Of a stretch of DNA of 64,000 bases, positions 34,234 to 42,996 are shown one piece after another; positions within the stretch are counted from its first letter, which is position 1; each line of letters starts with the position of its first letter. Origin of the DNA: Parcubacteria group bacterium Gr01-1014_20 (GTDB lineage Bacteria > Patescibacteriota > Minisyncoccia > UBA6257 > 2-01-FULL-56-20); contig VMFW01000001.1 of assembly GCA_007376265.1 (NCBI GenBank), forward strand, positions 2,455-66,454, written 5' to 3'. A program made the position numbers and the translations under genes. Below the pieces are notes generated by a model. The model saw only the letters and a list, made by a program, of their open reading frames with translations, did not search any database and had not been told where the DNA came from.

Positions 34234-35424
34234 TCAAATGTCCGAAACTCGTTCGCCGAAGCGGATTTTGTATTTTTTTGAAGTGTAAATTTTGGTGATG
34301 AGGTAGTTAACCAGCCAGGTGGCTGCAACGATGATTAGAAAATAAAAGGCGCCGAGGCTCGTGATTTTTGGGAGTTCATTTCTTGAGAGGTAGCCGATGA
34401 TGCCAGAGATAACCCCGAGGCTTGTGATGAGCTGCAAGGATTGGATGCCGCGAGCAGTACTTTGGTTTTTGATTTCCACGATGTTCTGGATAGCAGAGGC
34501 GAGATAGTCCCCCGTCATCTTCCAAAGTTCTTTAATATAGTCGAGGGTGTCGGAGAGAACTTCAAATTTGAATTGGAAGAGTTTGGTTAGGTGTTCTTCA
34601 ATTTCCATGCCTTTGGCGATCGAGGAGCGAGTGCGGACATAGGTTCCCATTTGGTTGATGCGATTGCCAATGAGACTGATGGTTTTTTGATAGCTGTCGA
34701 GCTTGCCTCTTAGAATTTCAACTTCGTCCCCTTTCACGCTTTTGCGTTCTTTGATGTTTGATATTTCTTCCCAAAGTGTGCGGTGGATGTTTAAGTACTT
34801 TTCGAGCTGGTCTTTGAACTCTCTGAAAAAAACCTGCATCTCTACGATGTCGGCCACTTTGGTTTCCAAACCGGGTTTCGAGACCACGAAGATGTACGAG
34901 GGGGTTTTGTAGACGACAATGTTTTCGGACGAAATTTTTTGATAGACGGCGCCAAAGGTTTTTGAGTCGATGGAGTATTGGTCTGGGTTTTTGCTGGTTG
35001 AATTGATGACGGTTGGGTGAACGGTCTTGATGTTGGCCAGAATCTTGGGAGTGGGGGCGCCGAGCGAAAAGATGTAAGAGACGGCTGGGCTAAAGTGGTT
35101 TTCGAAGTAATCTTTAAGAAATTCCTGGCCCTGCTTAAGGTTCTTAGAGCTGGTTTCAAGGACGTAGAGGCCGTCTTCGTAGTAGCGGATTTCGATGCCA
35201 TCTTTGGTCAAGGCTTTCAAGAATTCGAGGTAACCGGCTTCTCTTGTCACCGAGGTTAGATTTAGGCCCTGCCGATACTTCTCAAGTGTTTCTTTGGAAA
35301 GATCGAGGTGAGATTTGCCGCTTTCGAAAAGGTTGTAGATTTCACTTAGATGGAGGGTGGTTCGTTGATACCAGCCCCCTAGGGTAATTTTAAAATTTTG
35401 ATTGCTGGCTTCATTTTTGCGCAT
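34234..35424 (-). CDS. Hypothetical protein with two C-terminal TM helices (CorA-like topology but no GMN motif)
   Basis: 396 aa with a large soluble N-domain. Confidence 0.5.
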   Translation of the reverse strand: MRKNEASNQNFKITLGGWYQRTTLHLSEIYNLFESGKSHLDLSKETLEKYRQGLNLTSVTREAGYLEFLKALTKDGIEIRYYEDGLYVLETSSKNLKQGQEFLKDYFENHFSPAVSYIFSLGAPTPKILANIKTVHPTVINSTSKNPDQYSIDSKTFGAVYQKISSENIVVYKTPSYIFVVSKPGLETKVADIVEMQVFFREFKDQLEKYLNIHRTLWEEISNIKERKSVKGDEVEILRGKLDSYQKTISLIGNRINQMGTYVRTRSSIAKGMEIEEHLTKLFQFKFEVLSDTLDYIKELWKMTGDYLASAIQNIVEIKNQSTARGIQSLQLITSLGVISGIIGYLSRNELPKITSLGAFYFLIIVAATWLVNYLITKIYTSKKYKIRFGERVSDI

Positions 35425-35501
35425 TCACTAATTATAGCAGGTAGCGATTGGGAACTGACGGATTATGCGCAGCGGGCGACTGTGTTAAAATTTCAAGGCG
35501 A

Positions 35502-36242
35502 ATGAAACCCAAAATTATCGCTCACCGAGGAGATTCGGAAAAATGTCCGGAGAACACGCTCTTGGCCTTCAAGAAGGCGATTGAGGTTGGGGCGGATAAA
35601 ATTGAGCTTGATGTTCATTTGTCGGCTGACAAAAAGCTCGTGGTGCACCATGACGCCTATCTTGGGCGGACGGACGACGGAGAGGGGTTACTTTTGAAAA
35701 AGGATTCGGTTTATTTAAAATCTCTAGACGCTGGCAAATGGAAGGGGGAGGGATTTAAGGGCTTACGAATGCCCTTTCTTCACGAGGTGTTTCAAGAGTT
35801 TGGGCGAGAGATTGAGTACGAGGTGGAGATGAAGGGGTTCGGGGAGGAGTTTTTGGACTTGCTTTTAGCGGAGGTGGACCGTTTTAATTTGATCGACAAA
35901 ATCGAGTTTACTTCTTTTCATCAATATCTGATTCGTGAGCTCAAGGTTAAGCGACCGGAGGTAATGACGGGGATGTTTGTTTTGGACTATCCAGGGTGGA
36001 TGGGGGCGGACTTAGGGAATATGATAACGGAGTCGGAGCTTGTTTTAGGGAAGATTGATGTGGCTCACTCTTCCCTCGGGATTTTGACTGAAGAGTTTAT
36101 GGAGAGGCTGAGGGCGAGAGGGATTTTAATTCATCCGAGGAACTGCAATTCAGAGATGGACATAAAGAGGGCGATTAATTTGAGGGTAGACCAGTTTTCG
36201 ACTAATGACCCAGAACTTGCTATAAAGATAAGAGGGAGATGA
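35502..36242 (+). CDS. Glycerophosphodiester phosphodiesterase
   Basis: IIAHRGDSEKCPENTLLAFKKAIEVGADKIELDVHLSADKKLVVHHD GDPD signature. ATG at 35502 chosen within the longer track ORF. Confidence 0.85.
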   Translation: MKPKIIAHRGDSEKCPENTLLAFKKAIEVGADKIELDVHLSADKKLVVHHDAYLGRTDDGEGLLLKKDSVYLKSLDAGKWKGEGFKGLRMPFLHEVFQEFGREIEYEVEMKGFGEEFLDLLLAEVDRFNLIDKIEFTSFHQYLIRELKVKRPEVMTGMFVLDYPGWMGADLGNMITESELVLGKIDVAHSSLGILTEEFMERLRARGILIHPRNCNSEMDIKRAINLRVDQFSTNDPELAIKIRGR

Positions 36243-36652
36243 AAGATTTTTCTAAGTATATTATCAAAAGTTATAAATACTGGGAGGTGACGATTCACGA
36301 AAACCAAGGCTACTTGGGCAGGTGTGTGATTTGGTGCAAACGGCCCGAGGCGGATGATTTGTCGGAGATAAGAAAGGGAGAGTATGACGAACTGCTTTTA
36401 ATCATTAACGAGTTAAAAGACGCAATTCATAAAGTTTTTAAGCCAGACTGGTTTAACTACGCTTTTTTGGGGAACGAGGTGAGACATTTGCATGCCCACG
36501 TGGTGCCGAGGTACGCCTCGGACCGATCTTACGAAGGCGGGATTTTCGCAGACAAACTTTACGGGCATAATTTTCAGACCGATCCAGGATTTAAGCTGGA
36601 CGAAGAGATGGTTTTGAAGATAAAAGAGGTGATTGCAAAAGAGCTCAATTGA
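36239..36652 (+). CDS. HIT-family hydrolase
   Basis: HLHAHVVPRY histidine triad; ATGA overlap with the upstream gene. Confidence 0.85.
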   Translation: MKDFSKYIIKSYKYWEVTIHENQGYLGRCVIWCKRPEADDLSEIRKGEYDELLLIINELKDAIHKVFKPDWFNYAFLGNEVRHLHAHVVPRYASDRSYEGGIFADKLYGHNFQTDPGFKLDEEMVLKIKEVIAKELN

Positions 36653-36666
36653 TTTAAAATTGAATC

Positions 36667-36984
36667 ATGACAAAACATAAAAACTCGACGCTGGCCGGCT
36701 TTACTTATTTGGTTTTCTTTTTGCCAATGATAACTGGTGAGAAGAACGATCCGTTTGTGAGGTACCATATGAAGCAGGCGATCGGGCTTTTGATTACCGT
36801 CCTAGCGGTTCAAGGAGCGATTAGGATTTTGGCGGCCTGGGGTTTGGGCTACGGAGGGTTGAACGCTTTGGCTTGGGGACTTAGGATCTACGCGCTCGTT
36901 TCGGTGGTCTTAGGTTTTTCAAGCGCGCAGAGAGGAGAGATGAAGCCGCTTTTTTGGATTGGGAATCACGCGGCGAAGATATAG
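36667..36984 (+). CDS. Small membrane protein, DUF4870-like
   Basis: KNDPFVRYHMKQA motif between TM helices. Confidence 0.45.
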   Translation: MTKHKNSTLAGFTYLVFFLPMITGEKNDPFVRYHMKQAIGLLITVLAVQGAIRILAAWGLGYGGLNALAWGLRIYALVSVVLGFSSAQRGEMKPLFWIGNHAAKI

Positions 36985-37032
36985 GTTGGTATCGCAGGTT
37001 GGTAAAAGAAAAAACCCCGGATGATCGAGGTT

Positions 37033-37875
37033 TTAGTTTTGTTTTTTTTGGCCTCTTTTGTAGAGGCTAGCCATTTCACCTTTTTCGTAACAGGTTTTTA
37101 TGACGTTGCCCTTGAGGACAAAGACCCAGCCGTGGATCCAGAGATATTCGGCTTCTTCAAATCCATGGCGAATAATTTGTGTAACGTTGTTTTCGCGTTT
37201 CACCAGAGTGGCTCTCTTGAACATGTCGTGAAAAGCTAGGAGGTAGGAGCTTTGGCTGCCTGGGTTTTTGTACCTGTTTTTGATCGTTCTAGATCTTCTT
37301 GCGTCTTTGATGAACTCTTCGAGTGCGTGGGGGCTTACCAGGTAAACGGTTCCCCTCACAGTAATTTCGGCAACGTGGGTAGCTTCTGGGTTTTTGGTTT
37401 TGTCGACAACTTTGATTGATGAGTTTCCCCGAAGTAGTGGATCTTGGGGGCTAATAGGGGTTAATAGCCTCACGTCGTAGATGAAGCCTTTAGCAACCTC
37501 GTACTTTTGGAGTAGAGGCTCGGCGTCTTTGTGCGTGAAAACATAACCGACAGTATTTATGCCCGATCCTTCGAAGCGCCAGATTTTTCTTCCGCAGAGA
37601 TCGAGGATGCCTTCTTTGGCAGTGGCGCGCTTATCGCTAGTTGCCCCAACTCCCAAAAGAAGAAGGCAGGCGTCGACAAGAAGATCGATGTGGCCATATT
37701 TGATAAAGAGGCCGCCCTTGATTCGGATTAGTCGCTGACTTCTTTGTTTGGCGCCCTTTCCCTTTCGAGATCGGAACTCCTCGATGGCCTTCACGAGTAA
37801 GTCTGGAGTTATGGTGACCTCGATTTCTTCTTGGTATAAGAGATTGAGACTTGAGGCCGATTTCCCTACGAGCAA
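37033..37875 (-). CDS. Hypothetical protein
   Basis: 280 aa ORF with no recognisable motifs. Confidence 0.45.
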   Translation of the reverse strand: MLVGKSASSLNLLYQEEIEVTITPDLLVKAIEEFRSRKGKGAKQRSQRLIRIKGGLFIKYGHIDLLVDACLLLLGVGATSDKRATAKEGILDLCGRKIWRFEGSGINTVGYVFTHKDAEPLLQKYEVAKGFIYDVRLLTPISPQDPLLRGNSSIKVVDKTKNPEATHVAEITVRGTVYLVSPHALEEFIKDARRSRTIKNRYKNPGSQSSYLLAFHDMFKRATLVKRENNVTQIIRHGFEEAEYLWIHGWVFVLKGNVIKTCYEKGEMASLYKRGQKKQN

Positions 37876-38013
37876 CTGACACCTCCTTTTTAAAGGTTGC
37901 TGTCGGAATATTTAACATAGCCGCAATTTTTTGTCGAATAGCGACTTGCTTTGCTTTGGTTTTTCGTGATAAACAGACTCTAGGACATTATCAACAAGAA
38001 GGAGGGTTTCTAG

Positions 38014-38784
38014 ATGAAGTGGCCAGTTGAGCTCGCTTTAATCCGGCACGGCGAGTCTGAATTTAACGCGCTCAAAGCTTCTAAACGAGCGAGCGAGCTT
38101 TACGCTGAGTTTTGCCAGCACTTTAAGCGAGAGTGGGATTCTCCAAGAACTCGCGAGTTAGCCCTGCGAGTTCAGAAAGAGTTCTCGTTGGATTTTGGAG
38201 ACTACGATACTCCGCTTACGACTAAGGGTGCGGAGCAGGCAGAGCGAACCGCTTCGGAACTCTCTCAAAAAGTCAGTTTGCCCGACGTGGTTTTCGTTTC
38301 ACCCTATCTGAGGACTTGTCAGACTTTTAGCGCTATGAAAGCGCGCTGGCCGGATCTTGGTCGAGCCAAGATTTTGTTCGATGACCGAATTCGAGAACAA
38401 GAACACGGACTGTCTCTTCTCTATAATGATTGGCGGGTGATGCACGTTCTTCATCCAGAACAACACCACCTATGGGAGCGACAGGGGCGATATTGGTACC
38501 AGTTTCCCCAGGGAGAGAGTGTTTCCCAAGTGAGGGACAGAACGCGATCATGGATGACGACCTTGATTCGGGAATTTGCCGGCAAGCGAGTTTTAGCCAT
38601 TACCCACCATCTGACGATTCTTTCGCTTCGAGCGAATCTGGAGCGCTTGAGTCCAGAGCAGTTTACCAGGCTCGATGAGGAAGAGACACCGATTAATTGC
38701 GGAGTAACTGTTTACCTTGGAAATCCCAACCTCGGTAACGATGGCAGGCTTCAGTTGTCACTCTACAACCAGAAACTTTACTAG
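38014..38784 (+). CDS. Histidine phosphatase (phosphoglycerate mutase-like) family protein
   Basis: LALIRHGESEFN RHG motif. Confidence 0.8.
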   Translation: MKWPVELALIRHGESEFNALKASKRASELYAEFCQHFKREWDSPRTRELALRVQKEFSLDFGDYDTPLTTKGAEQAERTASELSQKVSLPDVVFVSPYLRTCQTFSAMKARWPDLGRAKILFDDRIREQEHGLSLLYNDWRVMHVLHPEQHHLWERQGRYWYQFPQGESVSQVRDRTRSWMTTLIREFAGKRVLAITHHLTILSLRANLERLSPEQFTRLDEEETPINCGVTVYLGNPNLGNDGRLQLSLYNQKLY

Positions 38785-38838
38785 GAGTTAAAATATTAAT
38801 CCCGCCCCGGCGGGATTTTTTGTGTTATAATTCCACGG

Positions 38839-39837
38839 GTGATTAGGAAAGAATTCGCTCAATATATTACTGAAGCGGTCGGTCAGGGGACCAGCCAGGA
38901 GAAGGTTGAAGAAAAACTAAAGAGTTTGGGGTTATCGAGCGCGGAGCTTCAGGAGGCGCGTGTATTCTATAAGAAGGTGGCGGATGAGGGGAAGAAGATT
39001 GATCGGGCTTTTAACGCTTCTCCTCTAGCGAAAGGACCGGTTATGGATTTTCAAGCCTCGTTTTTCCGAATGAGGTTGGTGGACAGGGTTTTGATCTATA
39101 TAAGTGTATTTCTATTCCTCCTTGTAATCGGGACCTCTTTTTTCGGACTTTTTCAATATGAAGAGCGGGTTAATCTGAACAGGAAACTCTTGGCGTTCGA
39201 GAATGAAAAAGCTGCGCTCATTAAGCACGCGAGCTCTCGTTTTGATAGCTTAAGCTCGAAGGTAAAGGACTATTTTAGTATTTCCGGGGTTGATTGCGGT
39301 AAAGAAGTTGAACTTTGTTTGAATGATATTTTGGATCGGGTTAAGGTGGAAAGTTCTTTGATTAAAGCGACGCTTTCTTCTCCCTATCTGGTTTCGTGGA
39401 GTGAGGCTGGATCTACTTTTTCTCTTTCGGGGGTTTCACTTGGTCCAACCGTGGCTGGTCCGGACTTAAGCGACGGCCGAGGGGGGCTGTATCGAGAGGG
39501 AGTGACTTTAAACGCACTAGTTTTACATCTGAAGATTACTTCCGGAAAAACCGCCGAGTGTCTGTCGGTTGATTTTCGAAGGGTCCTAGACGAGGAGGGT
39601 AACTTGGCGCAACCCAACACGTTTAGGTATAAGTTTGTCGACCCAAGCATTCCTGGATCGTTTACGGGGTGTCCTATGTCTAGCACAACCTACAACGACC
39701 AGAGTGTTATTTTCGTTGTCGGAAAAGACGAGAAGGAGTTTTTGCTGAACACGGGAGGCCAGTCGAATTTGTTTTTCACCGTCAAAGTTGTTGAGGGCAA
39801 TAAGTTGAAAGTTGAAAAGCCAATTAAGAAGGGCTGA
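38839..39837 (+). CDS. Hypothetical single-pass membrane protein
   Basis: GTG start; TM helix around residue 90. Terminator at 38799-38822 and TGtgTTATAAT upstream. Confidence 0.45.
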   Translation: MIRKEFAQYITEAVGQGTSQEKVEEKLKSLGLSSAELQEARVFYKKVADEGKKIDRAFNASPLAKGPVMDFQASFFRMRLVDRVLIYISVFLFLLVIGTSFFGLFQYEERVNLNRKLLAFENEKAALIKHASSRFDSLSSKVKDYFSISGVDCGKEVELCLNDILDRVKVESSLIKATLSSPYLVSWSEAGSTFSLSGVSLGPTVAGPDLSDGRGGLYREGVTLNALVLHLKITSGKTAECLSVDFRRVLDEEGNLAQPNTFRYKFVDPSIPGSFTGCPMSSTTYNDQSVIFVVGKDEKEFLLNTGGQSNLFFTVKVVEGNKLKVEKPIKKG

Positions 39838-39844
39838 TTTTTTC

Positions 39845-40279
39845 CTAACGGCTCCGAGTTTCTCTTTCGATCGCTTTTTTCTTCAGGGCCTCGCGTTTGT
39901 CATGTTTTTTTCGGGAGCGGGCGAGTCCCAAATCAATTTTAATTAAATTTTTTTTGAGGTGGGCGTTTAAGGCGACGAGTGCCAATCCTTTTTCATTTAG
40001 CCGACCCATCAGGGATTTTATTTCGGGTGAACGCAGAAGGAGGCGCCGAGTGCGCTTAGAGTCGTAGTCAATGGGCGCGTTTTTGGGCTGGTAGGCGGGG
40101 ATTTCAGAATTTAGAAGCCAGACCTCACCTTTTTTTATGACCGCATAGCTCGCGCTTAAGTTAAGCTTGCCTGATTTGGCGCTTTTGACTTCTTGTCCAC
40201 TAAGCTCGATGCCGGCTTCGAAATTTTCGAGAACTTCATAGTCGAAGCGAGCGCGACGGTTCTCGGATATTACTTTCAT
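39845..40279 (-). CDS. smpB: SsrA-binding protein SmpB
   Basis: MKVISENRRARFDYEVLE N-terminus. Confidence 0.9.
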   Translation of the reverse strand: MKVISENRRARFDYEVLENFEAGIELSGQEVKSAKSGKLNLSASYAVIKKGEVWLLNSEIPAYQPKNAPIDYDSKRTRRLLLRSPEIKSLMGRLNEKGLALVALNAHLKKNLIKIDLGLARSRKKHDKREALKKKAIERETRSR

Positions 40280-40493
40280 GTTTTTAATGATGGCGGTTTT
40301 TGCCCCTTAATGCAATAAAAAGTCCCCGCGTTTAGCGCGGGGACGAGTGGTCGAGGCTCAGTCAAAAAATGGGGGAAAAACTTTAAGGTGAGGGTTACCT
40401 GGGAATGGTTTTTGACTCAAGCGGGGCGACCACCTCCGCTCGGGATTCTAGCATTTCTTGTTTAGGAGAGTAAATAGTTTTAAAGTTATGTTT

Positions 40494-42200
40494 ATGAAGG
40501 CCGAAATAACGAAGTTGGTTGAAAGAGTGGCTGGGACTGATCAGTTTGAGATTTTGGTTCCCGAACGAGATAGTTTTGGTCACTATTCGACTAACGTGGC
40601 GATGAGGATGGCTAAGCAGTCCGGTAGAAATCCGGTGGAGTTGGCGCGAGAGCTCATCGTGAGAATTTCGGCTGGGGCACCCAGGGGGGTGTTTCTAAAA
40701 ATCGAGGCGGCTGCTCCGGGGTTCATCAATTTTTGGCTTACAAAGGAGTTTTTGCAAAAGGAAGGATTTAGGGCCTTGGGGAACAAGAGCTTTGGCAAAA
40801 CAAATCTAGGGAGGGGTAAAAAAGTGATTTTTGAGTATTCGGATCCAAACATTGCAAAAAGAATGCACGTGGGACATTTAAGGGCGACGATTATCGGTGA
40901 CGCACTTGCGAATATTTATGAGTTTTTGGGGTACAAGGTGGTCCGATGGAATTACATCGGGGATTGGGGGACGCAGTTTGGGAAGATGATCGTGGCTTAC
41001 AAGCTTTGGGGAAACAAGGTAGCCGTTCAAAAAAATCCAATTGAAGAACTGCAGAGGCTGTATGTGAAGTTTCACGAAGAGATGGAGAGAAGTCCGGATT
41101 TGGAAGAACGGGGTCAGGAGGAATTTAAAAAGCTAGAAGAGGGAAATGGGGGAAACAAGAAACTTTGGGAATGGTTTAAGAGGGAATCGCTCCGGGAGTT
41201 TGATAGAATCTATCAGCTCTTAGGGGTGAAGTTCGACGTGACGATTGGTGAGGCCTTTTATGAAAAGGGCTTAAAAAAGCTCGTGGCTGATTTAAAAAGT
41301 AAGGGGGTGGCTAAAGAGAGTGAGGGGTCGCTCATCGTGACTCTAGAAAAATTTGGTTTGCCACCCGCCCTAGTTCAGAAGTCTGACGGGGCAAGTTTGT
41401 ATATGACCCGCGACATCGCAAACATCAAGTACCGCTTGGCGAAATATAAACCCGTAAAAATGTTTTATGTAGTCGGGAACGAACAGTCGTTGCATTTTGA
41501 GCAACTGTTTAAGGTGGCAGAAATTTTGAAGTTGAATAAAGCAGAGCTGAAGCACCTGAAGTTTGGTTTAGTTTTGGATGAAGATGGGCAAAAGTTTGCG
41601 ACGCGCGAGGGGCGGGTGGTTTTGTTGGACGACTTGATAAATAAGGCGATGGCCTTGGCGCTTGAGATAGTGGATAGGAAAAATCCTGGTTTATCAAAAA
41701 AAGATAAAGAGAAAGTTGCTCGCGCGGTGGGAATTGGAGCTTTGAAATATAACGACCTCAAAGAAAACCGGCATTCGGATGTGACGTTTAACTGGGGGCA
41801 GATGTTGAATATTTCGGGTAACAGCGGGCCGTACCTTCAGTATACGTACGCAAGGTTGGCAAGTATCTTGGGAAAAAACAAAAAACAAAAAACAAATAAC
41901 AAAAAGACCAAACCAGATTTTAAGTTGTTGGATAAAAAAGAAGAATTAGATTTGATCAGAAAAGTTTTACAGTTTCCGGATGCCATCTCAGAAGCCCACG
42001 ATTCGCTTTTGACCAGTAATTTTTCGAACTATCTTTACGAGCTGGCTAGCTTGGCGAATAGATTTTATGAGACGACCCCGGTTATAAAAGAGCCAGATGT
42101 TGCCCGGCGGGGGGCGAGGGTCGGCCTTATTCAGGTCACCAACCGAGTCATTAAAGCCGGTTTGGGACTACTTGGAATCAGGGCGCTTGGTAGTATTTAG
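40494..42200 (+). CDS. argS: Arginyl-tRNA synthetase
   Basis: HVGH class-I motif; N-terminus MKAEITKLVERV aligns with the ArgRS add-1 domain. The track start at 40458 is TTG. Confidence 0.9.
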   Translation: MKAEITKLVERVAGTDQFEILVPERDSFGHYSTNVAMRMAKQSGRNPVELARELIVRISAGAPRGVFLKIEAAAPGFINFWLTKEFLQKEGFRALGNKSFGKTNLGRGKKVIFEYSDPNIAKRMHVGHLRATIIGDALANIYEFLGYKVVRWNYIGDWGTQFGKMIVAYKLWGNKVAVQKNPIEELQRLYVKFHEEMERSPDLEERGQEEFKKLEEGNGGNKKLWEWFKRESLREFDRIYQLLGVKFDVTIGEAFYEKGLKKLVADLKSKGVAKESEGSLIVTLEKFGLPPALVQKSDGASLYMTRDIANIKYRLAKYKPVKMFYVVGNEQSLHFEQLFKVAEILKLNKAELKHLKFGLVLDEDGQKFATREGRVVLLDDLINKAMALALEIVDRKNPGLSKKDKEKVARAVGIGALKYNDLKENRHSDVTFNWGQMLNISGNSGPYLQYTYARLASILGKNKKQKTNNKKTKPDFKLLDKKEELDLIRKVLQFPDAISEAHDSLLTSNFSNYLYELASLANRFYETTPVIKEPDVARRGARVGLIQVTNRVIKAGLGLLGIRALGSI

Positions 42201-42275
42201 CCCGTTTGACCGAAGGAGTTGAATTTGATATCTAGAGAGTAGGAAAGTTTTACAATTTAAAACCAAGGGGGATCT

Positions 42276-42848
42276 ATGGGATTGTTAAGGCCGAGGAAGC
42301 CGAATTGGGCAGACAAGATGCGGGCTAAGAAAAAATTTAGGAGCGAGAGGAGGAGGGCGGCGGTCCACATTGACATGACGCCAATGGTGGACATTGGCTT
42401 CTTGCTTTTAATTTTCTACATGTCGACCACCCAGTTTAAGCCGCCGGAACAGAAAGACGTTACCTTACCTCGTTCGACTTCAGAGCGAAAGTTGCCCAAA
42501 GAGAACTTTATCACGGTTACAGTAACCAAAGAGGACTCAATTTACGTTGATTACGTGATCAAGGTGAGGGAATTTGACCCTGCAACGGGAGACTCAATTG
42601 ACGTGCCGTCTAGGGAGTACATCGCTACTTCGCCCGAAAGAGTGGGGAGGGAAGTAAAAAGGATGCAGGCTAACGCTTTTAATAAAGGCATCCGTGAGCT
42701 CTACTTGGCAATTAAGGGCGATCGGGACGCATCTTTTGGAGCTGTTGAGAAGGTGATGAAGTCTTTGCAGGAAGAGAACCTGAATAGCTTCCAGGTCGTT
42801 ACTGACCTTGATCGGTCTTTGAAGCGGACAACGGTTGGTGGTCCTTAG
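42276..42848 (+). CDS. ExbD/TolR-family protein
   Basis: MTPMVDIGFLLLIFYM TM segment typical of ExbD/TolR; no ExbB/TolQ/MotA partner in the window. Confidence 0.6.
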   Translation: MGLLRPRKPNWADKMRAKKKFRSERRRAAVHIDMTPMVDIGFLLLIFYMSTTQFKPPEQKDVTLPRSTSERKLPKENFITVTVTKEDSIYVDYVIKVREFDPATGDSIDVPSREYIATSPERVGREVKRMQANAFNKGIRELYLAIKGDRDASFGAVEKVMKSLQEENLNSFQVVTDLDRSLKRTTVGGP

Positions 42849-42996
42849 GTTTTTGGCGCCAGGCATTGATTAACCTCTGTAACTCACACAGGGGTTTTTT
42901 ATTCGAGTCGCTCCTGTACTTGATTTTTTTGGTCCCACTTTGTAAGCGGGGCTTTTTGTTGACCCGGGCGTGTTAGAATTAGTAGGATAAACCCTA

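Noticed and set aside
40395-40583. 62 aa minus-strand ORF antisense to the argS start
   Set aside because: It overlaps the well-supported argS coding start and has no RBS. Any minus-strand transcript here is more likely non-coding.
42849-42996. T-box riboswitch upstream of ileS (and of trpS, tyrS, argS)
   Set aside because: No AGGGTGGNACCGCG-like T-box sequence or specifier-loop architecture was seen in any of the four aaRS leaders.
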